Origin: Eledone cirrhosa
Taxonomy: Eukaryota
Assembly (NCBI GenBank): GCA_964016885.1
Contig: OZ024740.1
Location: 47,864,001 to 47,928,000 of the forward strand
DNA: 64,000 nt
Reading direction: 5' to 3'
Notes under the pieces: generated by a model
What the model saw: only the letters and a program-made list of their open reading frames with translations
Told to the model about the DNA's origin: nothing
Databases searched by the model: none
Part shown: one piece after another, positions 26,701 to 38,640 of the stretch
How the letters are laid out: each line of letters begins with the position of its first letter
Position numbering within the stretch: the stretch's first letter is position 1
Translations under genes and position numbers: made by a program

Positions 26701-27809
26701 GAAAGCAAGTGATGCTTTCGGAAAGCTAGAAAGGCGACTCTGGGGTCGGCGAGACATATGCAGGAGGACAAAGGTAAAGGTGTACAGGGCATGTGTGCTC
26801 TCTTGTCTTCTTTATGCCTGCGAGATCTGGGTCACATATCGACACCACCTTAAACAATTGGAGCGTTTCCATCAGATGTGTCTCAGACGGATCCATGGCG
26901 TTCACTGGAGGGATCACATCAGTGATGTCGAGATTTTGGAAAGCTCTATGTGTGACAGTATAGAAGCTCTTGTGCTTAAGCAACGACTCCGTTGGAGTGG
27001 TCACCTTGCCAGGATGAAGGATTCTAGAATACCAAAACAACTCTTTTATGGAGAGTTGGTTAAAGGAAAACGACCGCCACATAAACCAAAAAAGAGGTAT
27101 AAGGATTCCTTGAAAGCCTCTCTGAAAGACGCTAACATCTCTGCTGATACATGGGAGAATATTGCTGCTGATCGTAATAAATGGAGAAAGACTGTATAAG
27201 AGGGAAAAGTTGCCTTTGAGGCATCTCGAGTCGCATACGAGAAAGTAACGCGGGATGTGAGGAAGGGCATTGCTGTTGCACTTCCAGGCGGCGAGGGTCC
27301 TCCTATGGTGCTGACATGCAGCGTCTGTGCGAGACTCTGCCTAAGCAAAGCTGGACTCGAAAGTCATCTTCGCAGTCATAAAGTAAGACCAGTGGTTGAC
27401 TAACAGGCTGCTGTTGGAGATGCTACTCATCATGCTTGCCAAACATGTGGTAGAGAATGTAAATCAGCAGGAGGGCTCAAGCGACATGCAAAAGTACACG
27501 AACTCCAACCACAGCCGACTATTCCCAGTGAATGTTTTGGTTGCCGACTCTGTGCAAGACATTTTAGATCATTGGCTGGGCTAAAAAGCCACATTCGATC
27601 GCAGCGCTGTTAGTTGCTATCGTGTGTGTATAGATATGTTTATGTGTGTGCATGTATGTGTATATATATATATATGTATATTATTATTGTTGTTGTCGTT
27701 ATTATTATTGTTGTTATTATTATTATTATTATTATTATTGTTATTAATGCATGTGTGTGTGTATATATATATGTATGTGTGTGTATATGTATGTGTGTAT
27801 ATATATATG

Positions 27810-27840
<31 letters not shown>

Positions 27841-27928
27841 TTCTTTTTTTTATTTATTTATTTTTTATTTATTTTTTTTTTTTCTCCTCGTGCAATGGCC
27901 ATACTCGATAACGAGGGGCAGCCATCAT
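23722..27928 (+). mobile_element. Near-full-length RTE-clade LINE
   Basis: 5' UTR, single APE-RT frame, 3' end followed by (TATG)n at 27930-28080. Confidence 0.95.
24039..27613 (+). pseudogene. RTE ORF: AP endonuclease, RT, three C2H2-type fingers (inactivated)
   Basis: WNVRTL, LSETRL, DFNARVG, TDHRLV, NYRGISLLS, FVDLIKAFD, KQGD, NADD; stops at 26232, 27197 and ~27400; frameshift near 26635. Confidence 0.92.
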
Positions 27929-28080
27929 GCATGTATGTATGTATGTATGTATGTATGTATGTATGTATGTATGTATGTATGTATGTATGTATGTATGTAT
28001 GTACGTATGTATGTATATATGTATGTATATATGTATGTATATATGTATGTATATATGTATGTATGTATATATGTATGTAT

Positions 28081-30180
28081 CATCATCATCATCATTTTAC
28101 GTCCGCTTTTCCCTGCTTGCAAGGGTGGGACGGGTCTTATTCAGCACAGCATCTCTCCACTCATCACGGTCCTTTGTCATCTCCACAGTGAGCTTCAATG
28201 ATCTGAGGTCTGTTCTCACCACCTCCGACAATGTTTTTCGTGGTCTATCTCTACCACGTCTTCCTTCAACTGGCATTTCCTGGCACTTCTTCACCCATCG
28301 GTCATCCTCCATGCGCATCACATGTTCATACCACCTCAGTCTCCTCTCCCGTTCACTACATTCTATCCTCTCAGACACAGTTTCTCTCTCAACACATTTA
28401 TGCTGGGTCGTTCACGCACATTGGCACTGCACATCCAACGGAGCATGCTTGCCTCATTTCTCTCCAGCCGTCGCATATCCTCTGCAGTTGCTGCCCATGT
28501 CTCACAACCATGCAGCATCGCGCTCCTCACACAGGCATCATACAACCGGCCTTTCGTACGCAGGGTGAAACCTTTCTTCGTCAACAGAGGAAGCAGCTCC
28601 CTAAACTTCTTCCAACCCGTCCTTATTCTAGATACTATGGCCTCGGAACACCCTCCTCCCATGCTAATCTGATCTCCTAGGTACCGGAAGCTATCCACCA
28701 TTTCTATAGCGCCCTCCTGCATCTGAAAAATGTGTCTATCAATGCGACTTCTACTGTCTAATTTCCCTGTACATCTACTGCATACATATTTCTCCCTACC
28801 TGTTAGTTTGCCTGCTATCCCGCTACATCTCTTGTGTACCCAGGACCTGCATTGTGTGCATTTTATAGAATTTATGCCAGTTCCTTTTCTGCATATCGAA
28901 CATGGCCATTTCCCTGACGGAATCAGTGTTTTGTCCTGTTTTCTACTCATCAACACTTTTGTCTTATCTAGGTTCACTCTCAGTCCTCTTGCTTCCAACT
29001 GCTGTTTCCATAGCCAGAATTTATTCTCTAGCTCCTCTACTGATTCTGCTATAAGAACCAGATCGTCAGCATAGAGAAGTTCCCATGGACAGCCAGTCTT
29101 AAACTCCTCTGTTATGGCTTGGAGGACTATAATGAACAAGAGCGGGCTGAGGACCGAACCTTGATGTACTCCTACTTGTATCTGGAATTCCTCACTAAAC
29201 TCCATTCCTACCCTGACTTTACTGAGAGTACCTCTGTACAAAGTTTGCACTGTCCTCACAAGCCATTCCTCAACATCTAGCTTCCTTAGGGACCACCAGA
29301 TGACAGATCGGGGTACCCTATCAAAGGCCTTCTCTAGGTCAACAAAGGCTAAGTATAGTGGCTTATTTTTCTCTAAGAACCTCTCTTGCAATTGTCTCAC
29401 TAAGAAGAGGGCATCTGTTGTACTCTTCCCAGGCACAAAACCAAACTGCATCTCATCTAGTTTGACCCTTTCTCTAATTAGTTGTGCTAATATCCTTTCT
29501 GCCACTTTCATAACCTGATCCATCAGTTTTATACCCCTATAATTGCTCCTCTCCAGAGCATCCCCTTTACCTTTGTAGCAATTTATGAGAATACTGCTGC
29601 ACCAGTCTTTGGGTATGACACCACCATATATAGCCTGATTGATGATGCGTGCAACCAGTTTAGTGCTACGTCCCCTGATGCCTTCAGCATCTCAGCAACT
29701 ATTCCCGATGGTCCAGCAGCCTTACCATTTTTCATTTCCCTAATCGCCTCTTGGACCCTATATTCGTCAATCTCAATAGCTAGTCCCTCTGTCGGATCTA
29801 CTAAGGGTAATTTCTCTCTCTCCCATTCGTTCTCCACATTCATCAGTCTTTCATAATGATATTTCCAGGCCTCCTTTTTCTGATCATTCGTGACACTAAG
29901 TACACCGGCATCACCCCGGACACATTTATCACCAACAACATCCTGATTTGCATTGACACACTGCCTTGCAATGTGGAACACCGCACGCCTCTGATCTTCC
30001 CGTCGCAGAACATTGGCAAACCTCCTACTCTCTGCCTACCTGCGTGCTAAGTACACCTGACGTCTAGCTTCTCTCTTAGTGGCTGTATATTCTTCCCTAC
30101 TCCCACCCTTTTTCCAAGCCTTCCATGCTAGTTTTTTGTCTCTAATGGCCTTATCTACTGTGCTGTTCCACCACCAGGTC
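28081..30180 (-). mobile_element. RTE-like LINE, 5'-truncated, with PHD finger inside the RT region
   Basis: ORF 28363-29523: FVDLEKAFDRVP, VHQGSVLSP, LYADD, Cys/His finger, FRYLGD; (GAT)n tail. Confidence 0.92.
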
Positions 30181-30204
30181 ACTCTCTCTCTGTATGTATA
30201 TATG

Positions 30205-30284
<80 letters not shown>

Positions 30285-30540
30285 TATACATATGGAAAAA
30301 ATGAAACGAAATTTGTACGGCTGTTACTTTAATATAAGTATGTATACGTACATACATATATGTATACAGACGTACAGTAGTATGTATATATACACACACA
30401 TGCACACATATATATATGTACGTATGGGTTTACCGAACATTTATTATAATGTTCGGTTTGTTTGTAAACAAACAGCTCGAATTAAGCCGTACAGTGTTTA
30501 GCAACCTTCGTTGCCCTTTTGTTCAACACTGACAAAGGAA

Positions 30541-30581
30541 CGATGTACTAGTTTCAAGCTTATTAGCTATCGTCAGCATCG
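30541..30581 (-). ncRNA. Minimal type I hammerhead ribozyme
   Basis: CGAUG CUGACGA U AGCU-AAUA-AGCU U GAAACUAGUA CAUCG. Confidence 0.85.
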
Positions 30582-30968
30582 TATACCTTCCTGCCAGATG
30601 ATTGAATGTCTGAAAGTATATACTTTCCTTATGCATATTAACGGCTGAGCAGCCTAATTTGCATATCGAGTGAGTTAGTCGGCCAGGCGCACCGAACACG
30701 ATAAATGGAAAAAATGAAACGAAATTTCATTTCTCACTCTTAGTACGTCTGTTACTTAAATATAAGTATGTATACGTACATACATATATGTATACAGACG
30801 TACAGTAGTATGTATATATATACACACATGCACACATATTTATATGTACGTATGGGTTTACCGAACATTTATTATAATGTTCGGTTTGTTTGTAAACAAA
30901 CAACCCGAATTAAGCCGTACAGTGTTTAGCAACCTTCGTTGCCCTTTTTTTCAACACTGACAAAGGAT

Positions 30969-31009
30969 CGATGTACTAGTTTCAAGCTTATTAGCTATCG
31001 TCAGCATCG
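30969..31009 (-). ncRNA. Minimal type I hammerhead ribozyme
   Basis: Identical to 30541-30581. Confidence 0.85.
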
Positions 31010-31197
31010 TATACCTTCCTGCCAGATGATTGAACGTCTGAAAGTATATACTTTCCTTATGCATATTAACGATCGAGCATTATAATAAATGTTCGGTAAA
31101 CCCATACGTACATATATATGTGTGCATGTATGTATATATATACATACTACTGTACGTCTGTATACATATATCTATGTACGTATACATACTTATATTT

Positions 31198-31311
31198 ACT
31201 GATACTTTATTTTATCGACCCCGTAAGGATGAAAGGCAAAGTTAACCTCGGCGGGATTTGAACTCAGACTGTAAAGGGACGTAACTATGCTGGAAAGCAT
31301 GGCGTCCGACC
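31198..31311 (-). mobile_element. SINE S1, partial
   Basis: Core and B-box present. Confidence 0.85.
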
Positions 31312-31464
31312 TAATAATACAAGGACGATTTGTTAAGCCTTCATTACGTTTATTGATTGGTGACGCGCGTTTCGCTATTGATCAGCTGAAAGTTCGATCT
31401 ATATCGATCTAGCCCGACTCTGGAATCAAAATCTCGCCGGACCTCTGCTGTTGTAATGCGTATG

Positions 31465-31565
<101 letters not shown>

Positions 31566-32261
31566 AACAGTAATTTGATACTCTCAATAGAGTTTCTTTC
31601 ACAGTCTCAAGCAACCTCCAAGAAGCTGACCTTTGTGAATGGGCTTTCGAGTTATTCCAGCAGATACAGGGTTCATACCAACTAGCCATAATGTAGAGGT
31701 CAACTGTCTCACACACCAACCTCTTTCGGTCTCTCTCTTTGCCTCTGTTTGTCTTGGTCTTTCACTCAGCCAGGCCAGCGAAATTCATCTCCTCAACAGA
31801 AGTTTGGTAAATACATTTTTAATAATAAGCAAACACGCATACACACCACACCTGATACATAGCATCACACGATTCAAGTGTAGTTATTTGTTCTTCAATA
31901 ATTGTCGCTATAACTATCGCTATAAATTAGTAACATATCGGTTTTGTGTTATATATTTCATTTCCTATGCGATCATGGCAAATCACTTACCCAAGGAACC
32001 ATCACATCATCATCATTATCATAATGAACACTGTTACTCACTTACTCTCAGGTCTTGAATAATGCCCTCACCCCGTTTATTAATTTTTCAGATTTTTCCA
32101 ACTACCCCCCCCCCCCCCTCTCCACGCTTTTATTTCAATATTCCTTCAGCTACACTCTACACAACAGTCACCACATTACTGAGCAATCCACGAGTACAAA
32201 CACAACAACCGAATGAACACTACTATTCATCCTAGCATTAAAACCGTTCTCTCTCTATATA

Positions 32262-32451
32262 TATTGTTTCTACTTTTGGCACAAGGCCAGCAATTACCCA
32301 GTACATTACTGGCACTTTATTTTATCAACCCCGTAAGGATGAAAGGCAAAGTTAACCTCGGCGGGATTTGAACTCAGAATGGCAAGGGCCGTAACTCTAT
32401 GCGGTAAAGTACGGCGTCCGACCCTCTACCGATACTGTCAATACACCACCC
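32262..32451 (-). mobile_element. SINE S1, full length
   Basis: Head AGGGTGGTG, B-box, core and tail. Confidence 0.9.
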
Positions 32452-32504
32452 TATATATATTGATTATAGATCTGCTCTGTCGGCTAAAATGGGATTTTCC
32501 CCAT

Positions 32505-32720
32505 AACTCCTAAGGAAATCCTAGGGGTGCCATATTAACATATGGCGTTTCCAGGGCTTTTTGTAAGCCTGGCGGAGACCATCTCCTCTCCAGGTTTGAA
32601 CACAGGTTTCCTCCAGAGAAAGATAGAGAGCGAGAGAAAGGAAGTAAGAAAAATGTATAGTGGAAGAATTGACCCCAATACTTGACTGGCATTCTTTTAT
32701 AGAACTTAAATGGATGAAAG
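32505..32720 (-). mobile_element. SINE core with alternative tail
   Basis: Reverse complement resembles 19030-19232. Confidence 0.55.
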
Positions 32721-34191
32721 GGATTAAAGAACAATAAAGTTGACAGTTTTATTTTAATAATTTAGTCCATGTGAATGCCCATGGCCCTTGCAATATCCCT
32801 CCCACCCATCCGACTGGGGAGATTAGTGCGGCTGATGCCCACCTGGTTAATATTTGCAGGGAAAATATTAACCAAGGGATTACTAGAAGGTTTAATGTGA
32901 ATTCCGCCAAAGGCACTCATCGATCAATGTTAGAATAGAAAGCACAAATCATATATCATTGATCCGTCTTAAGTATATCTGTTGGTCCCGGTCAATACAG
33001 TGATCTCTCACTCCAACACATTAAAATAAAGTTTTTCACACAAGGAATGCGCAGCTTTCTGTTGCAGAAAATTGCTTTGTAACTAGTGAAAAGTCTATGT
33101 TATTGAGGCTGCCACTGATCAATGTATACGAGAGAAAGCAGACTGAACCGCTGTTGTCCCATTTTATTGCCAAGATGATTCATTATATGTTTCAACCTAA
33201 AAAACGGTACAATTGGTGATTGTGTGATTTCAACATTGTGAACCAGAGATTTACACTTATCCGATGTGATTTTGCAATATATGAATAAATGAATTTACAT
33301 TCTTCATCGCAGACAATAGAAAGCTTGAATTGCTTACATTCATTGAATTGTTTACATACAGTCATTGTACAAAATATCTCCGTGATAAGCATAAGCCGAT
33401 TTTTCACACCCTTGACTAAGCTTATTACGGTCAAGTGTTTTTACATGACTGAAGAAGAAACCAGACTATCAGTATTTTCGTGAGATTTTGCATGTTTAAT
33501 CAAGTAAGAATTGAAAGAGTCCAGGGTAGAAATGTATGTTTCCACTAATTGTCCCATCAAATGTCCCATCAAATGACCCATCATATCTAGTATGACGTAC
33601 ACTTCACTTAATTGTATATTTGTCTTCGTCGTTATATTTTGAATTTGGACACTGGCTTCTATCCTTCGCTTCTTACTCACTGAATCTGGATCTCAATTAT
33701 TTAAGTTAGGTTTTTAAAGACTTTAAAAGATCACTATCAATAAGTATGTCAAACTTACTTTGTTCACTCTTTTCAGAATGTCATTTATAAGAATTGTCAG
33801 GAAGACAGTAGCTATTTTCTCCATTTCCTTGCTCAGTCATTCTGCTTTCTGTCGCGCATTCCACTCCTCATTAGTTTCTACTGCAAGGACATCCAATGCA
33901 GCTTGAGTTTTCTCAACGAAGAAAACGATATTGAAATAGGCTGACAACTTCTTATTTTACCATGATATAGTTCTTTAACGGCTGCGTCACCACTTTAACG
34001 TGGTTGAATGTTCGTCGATTTTATTTAGTGTTTACGTTATTTGGTCATCAATTTAGGAATAAAGTAATTAAATGAGACATGCTGAAATATCTCACACGAG
34101 TGTCTATAATTGTCTCATCTTTATTGTTATGAGTGCGTGTTACAACTTGGAAATAAGACATCCTTTTTAAATAATATATGTTTAATTGGTA

Positions 34192-35135
34192 CTAGCAGTA
34201 AAGCCCGGCGTTGCTCGGGGTCGCTCAGTAGCTGTGTTAAAGTTACAATGTTAAGTTTCTTTTTTGGCTTAAAAACTGTAGTGTCTACTGTGCAGACTTG
34301 CATGTGGTGTTTTTGATTAATATTCCCTCAACCAACAATATGCCTTATGAAGTTAAGAAAACATAACGATAACCCGAATGTTATAACAAAAGAGGATGCT
34401 GGGGATAAAAACTGCACTGGTTATTTATTAACAAAGATCGAAAATGTAAACACTGCAACGCAGAGAAAAACATTAGCGTAACCAAATTATCAGTTATGTC
34501 TGTCTGCACGCCTATATCACCTCTCTGCACGACTATCTGTATGCACGCCTATATCACCTCTCTGCACGACTGTCTGTCTGCACGCCTATATCACCTCTCT
34601 GCACGACTATCTGTCTGCACGCCTATATCACCTCTCTGCACGACTGTCTGTCTGCACGCGTATATCACCTCTCTGCACGACTGTCTGTCTGCACGACTGT
34701 CTGTCTGCACGCCTAACGACGAAATATTTGCTTGTTTTACGTAGTCTTTAAATAGACTTGTTTTCAAGTAAAAATATTGTTTTAAAATGCTTTTAAATGG
34801 AAATGAAGCAAAACGGAAGCTTAGTGTTCAACTGTTCGTGTATTGTGTTAATGTCATTTTAAACGCTGAGAAAGCCAGCGTAATTTTTTACGTAAGACGC
34901 TCAATGTAAACAGAACAAAGGGAAATAACTGATAACTTACGCTCAAAAATCGATACATTATATTCGATTTCGTCACATAGGGTGGGTCAATTTGAAATTT
35001 TTTTTTTCCGATGTCTTCGCTAGGGCTCAATGTAGAAGTATAGCAATTTCGGTGCAATTCCGTCAGAGATTCTAAGAGGAGATGTGTGCCAAAAATCGAT
35101 AGACAGACAGACAACCACAGTTTTATATATATAGA
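34192..35135 (-). mobile_element. Complete non-autonomous Helitron
   Basis: 5' TC (TCTATATATATAAAAC) at 35135; 3' hairpin CCCGAGCAACGCCGGG and CTAG at 34192; between A and T with no TSD. Confidence 0.85.
34497..34713. repeat. 37-bp minisatellite inside the Helitron (~5.5 units)
   Basis: Unit TCTGCACGCCTATATCACCTCTCTGCACGACTRTCTG. Confidence 0.92.
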
Positions 35136-35150
35136 TTAGTTGTAGAATTG

Positions 35151-35340
35151 AAGGGTGGTGGATTGGCAGTATCGGTAGAGTGTCGGACGCCATGCTTTCC
35201 AGCATAGTTACGTCCCTTTACGATCTGAGTTCAAATCCCGCCGAGGTTGACTTTGCCTTTCATCCTTACGGGGTCGATGAAATAAAGTACCAGTAATGCA
35301 CTGGGTAATTGCTGGCCTTGTGCCTAAAGTAGAAACAATT
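35151..35340 (+). mobile_element. SINE S1, full length, with TSD
   Basis: A-box TGGCAGTATCGGTAGA, B-box GAGTTCAAATCC; TTAGTTGTAGAATTG on both sides. Confidence 0.92.
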
Positions 35341-36300
35341 ATTAGTTGTAGAATTGGCGACGAGGTGAGAGAGAAAGTTAGTCTCCATTTGGTGTTATTG
35401 GTTGAAGTACATGTTGAAGTCGCCTGAGAGAGAGTTGCTCTTAATATGTTCACTCCACATGGTGTGGTAAAAACGAAAAGTAGTAGAAGGCAAAATTACA
35501 TCTTAACTCCTGGACGGCGAGCTTTGTAAGAGAGCGGGTATTTTCAGTTTCTCAATTTATAGTCTCCATGGGACGTAACTCTCCTTCTCGCCCCAAGGGA
35601 TCACTACAGTTCTATCTTAAGGTTGACGTCAGAACATTCCAGTGATGTGTGGGAGCTCAGAAAAACGAATAAAATCAAAGGAAATGATCGGTGAAAATGC
35701 ATCCACCGCTTTTACTCCCACCATGTTAAGACTGTGTTCAGCACATGGAATACATATATAGTTCATTTAGTTCACGGATACGTGCTTTCAATCGAGTGTA
35801 GCGTCCTGAAATACTTGAGTTCTTATGATATTGATCACGACAATTTGATAACGGAATGTTTTGCTCTTGCGGAAAGTTTATAACCGTGTCTGTTGAATTC
35901 TTCACACAGGGGACGCTCCACCAGCTCACTTCCATAAATGTACTCGATAGTAAATGTCAGTTACTGAACATGCGAAACACCTGAGGTAGAATCGACCACT
36001 TATTGAATAATATTTTCACTATTTGATTTCTTCCAGAATTATATAAAATATCCATTGTCCAATCATATTTATAAACACCCTACAAATATGTGCTGATAGA
36101 TATAATATCTTTCTCTTTTCAACATTTTTATACGCTTTTAAATATTCTAAATAGTTCTAGAATGCCAAGAAAGTTTCTGATGTGCTGGAATCCAATGGTT
36201 TGGTTCTCTCCACGAAATGCCAAACAGCTGAGGAAAAGAAATCTGACAACATATATTAGAAATTTTAACACTTTATGCCAGAACATCTTTTATGAATAAT

Positions 36301-36488
36301 TATTTCTACTTTTGGCACAAGGCCAGCAATTATCCCAGTGTATTACTGGTACTTTATTTTATCGACCCCGAAAGGATGAAAGGCAAAGTTAACCTCGGCG
36401 GGATTTGAACTCAGACCATAAAGGGCCGTAACTCTTTGCTGCAAAGCATGGCGTCCGACCCTATACCGATACTGCCAATCCACCGCCC
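36301..36488 (-). mobile_element. SINE S1, full length, with TSD
   Basis: TSD TTTTATGAATAAT at 36288-36300 and 36489-36501. Confidence 0.92.
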
Positions 36489-36616
36489 TTTTATGAATAA
36501 TGCTGAATATTCCAACATGCACCAGCGGTGCTCTTCACTATTTTCGTGCTCTACAGCGGCATTGCTGTATTTTCAGAAATTTCATTCTAATGTAGCAGTA
36601 AAAACAACCTTTAGAT

Positions 36617-36970
36617 CAGAGGTTCTCAACATTTTTGGGCCACCGACCCCTTATGGCCACGTAATACCCTCAACGCCTTCCCAGCCCTATTTCCAGAGAG
36701 ACCTGCCTACATGCAAGCAAATTGTAAATTAGATATAATAAATAAAATCGTTTATTTATATATAATTAACAAAATAATATATACTATGTGTAAATAAATA
36801 TATATTTTTTATTTTACTATATTTATATATATATATGTATCAGTTGATATTTAATATATTATTATATCATCTCTACGCCCCCGGCCCCCTCAACCTCCTT
36901 AGGCCGCAGCTCCCCCTGGACCTTCTCAACACCCTCTCCTTGGCCTTAGCGCCCACTTTGAGAACCTCGG
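36617..36970. mobile_element. hAT (Charlie-like) MITE
   Basis: TIRs CAGAGGTTCTCAA / TTGAGAACCTCGG; perfect 8-bp TSD CTTTAGAT at 36609-36616 and 36971-36978. Confidence 0.92.
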
Positions 36971-38254
36971 CTTTAGATTGAGAATATAATAGCCATTCGT
37001 GTTTTATAAACTTGCTATTCTGTAGCTTACATTTGACTATTGTTAGTTAAATATCATTTCTGTGCATTTTCTTCTTCGTTATACACACGATAATAGTTTG
37101 AAAAGTTACAATCGTCATTTTGACATTTTATCGACTTACTTAGTAATCTAATGGTCTACTGTAACAGTATCATATATATTCCATAATTGTGGATCTATTA
37201 CAGCATGATCATAAATCACATTGACATTTTCGGTTACTTTTAAAGATTCATGCATTTCTTCTAGTTCAATGGAAGAAGGAGATCATGTATATGGAACTGA
37301 GGTATCAAGTCAAGTAATGCGTACAGGAATTAAAGTAAGCGTTGATGCTGTATCCATATCAGGAATAGAAGCTGAAAGCCAAGCCGATAACGTTGGGACT
37401 TTAAGTTTTCCATTTTCTTCTGCAGCTCTTATCTTCTGTGCTCCACTAGTATATGTGTGTTTCATTTCTGTTAAAAAATATAAAATTATAATTTACGCAA
37501 ACTAGAAAAGTATATATTCAAAACGCCATAAAACACCGATGAATGATAAAGATTTTTGATGAAGTAATTTAATAAAATTACGATATTAAATGCCCCATTA
37601 ACCTTTTCAAATACTTTACAATTAGGAAATCTAAATAATTTTAACTACCAACACATCGAAAATGGTTTTTATGTGTCAGAAATACACTGTCTACAATATA
37701 CGCTGAAGATCAGTTATGAAATACGATAATATATGATAGTGTACATATCATATAACAAGTTATGAAATTTTTAAGAGTTCATTCAATGTGTAACAATTCT
37801 TAAACATTTGCATTAGAACTGCTTGGGTTGTATAACTAGTAAATACAAATGCAAAAATACGTATACAAAAATGTAAACAAGTGTTGGAGCGATGAACTGT
37901 TGTTGCACAAGCACTGTTGGGTATCGAACCTAAAGGTCTCCTGATGATGCCTTGATTCAAAGATTAAACAAATGCCAGATTCCCAGATCTAACATTCATT
38001 TTGCATACAAGAAAGTTCCACTTTCACATTAACACTGTTACTATTTTATAATATGAATCTGAGATTGCGAGGAATCTCCAACTCTACCTACACGTGTTCT
38101 AGTCCTGCAGGGAATTGAAGCCAAACCTTTTTCAAATACCACCTTATTGTCTTCAAATTGTTTGTCCAATGTTCTTTACTACGTTACTCAGATTCACTTT
38201 ATAACAAGATCAGACTTTGCCAACAATTTTAATTAAAATCTTTCTCTAGGCTTA

Positions 38255-38640
38255 CTAGACCGGAGCTTATGCCGGTTACCATCTGAATAGACAGGAGCCA
38301 CGTGAAATAAAATACTTTACCCGTAAACGTAACGCGTCATCCAGACTTCACAGCAATTTTAGAAACCCAACCAAAATTTCCAAAATTGCTTTCCTTTTCC
38401 TGTTTATAGGTTTTCTTGTCACCGTGTAATGCAAGATTGTGTGTTGCATAACTTTTATACAATGGAGAATTCTATGGAGAAAATCTCGCTATTTTTGTTT
38501 TTCTGATATAATTTGAGTTTGTGTTAATGATTCCACTGTTTTCTAACATATTCCTATCACTCGTTATTATTTTGAAAATATTCTGAACCCAATATAAACA
38601 TATCTGATTGCAAGGCATCTGATAAAATTACACTTTAAAA
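38255..38640 (-). mobile_element. Helitron-like element (3' end clear, 5' end uncertain)
   Basis: Minus strand ACCGG-CATAAGCT-CCGGT, then CTAG and T. Confidence 0.5.

Larger units (their letters stand above)
30295..31197 (-). mobile_element. Family H1 tandem repeat (428-bp period, ~1.8 units) with terminal inversion
   Basis: Hammerheads start at 30541 and 30969; 31074-31197 is an inverted piece of the unit. Confidence 0.9.
33030..37470 (-). pseudogene. Fossil hAT (ZMYM1-like) transposase interrupted by later insertions
   Basis: In order on the minus strand: MKHTYTSGAQK (~37465), LAFRG...NFLGILEL (~36220), NCRDQY...SGRY..LKARIRE..HSLN (~35850-35725), NHLGNKMGQQRFSLLSL (~33180). Confidence 0.72.

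Noticed and set aside
33549-33582. 12-bp triplication TGTCCCATCAAA
   Set aside because: Ordinary slippage inside a dead transposase
35151-35240. tRNA gene
   Set aside because: A and B boxes belong to a multi-copy SINE head with a TSD; no cloverleaf evident
37221-37505. Host exon (plus-strand ORF)
   Set aside because: The opposite strand matches a hAT transposase N-terminus and contains stops
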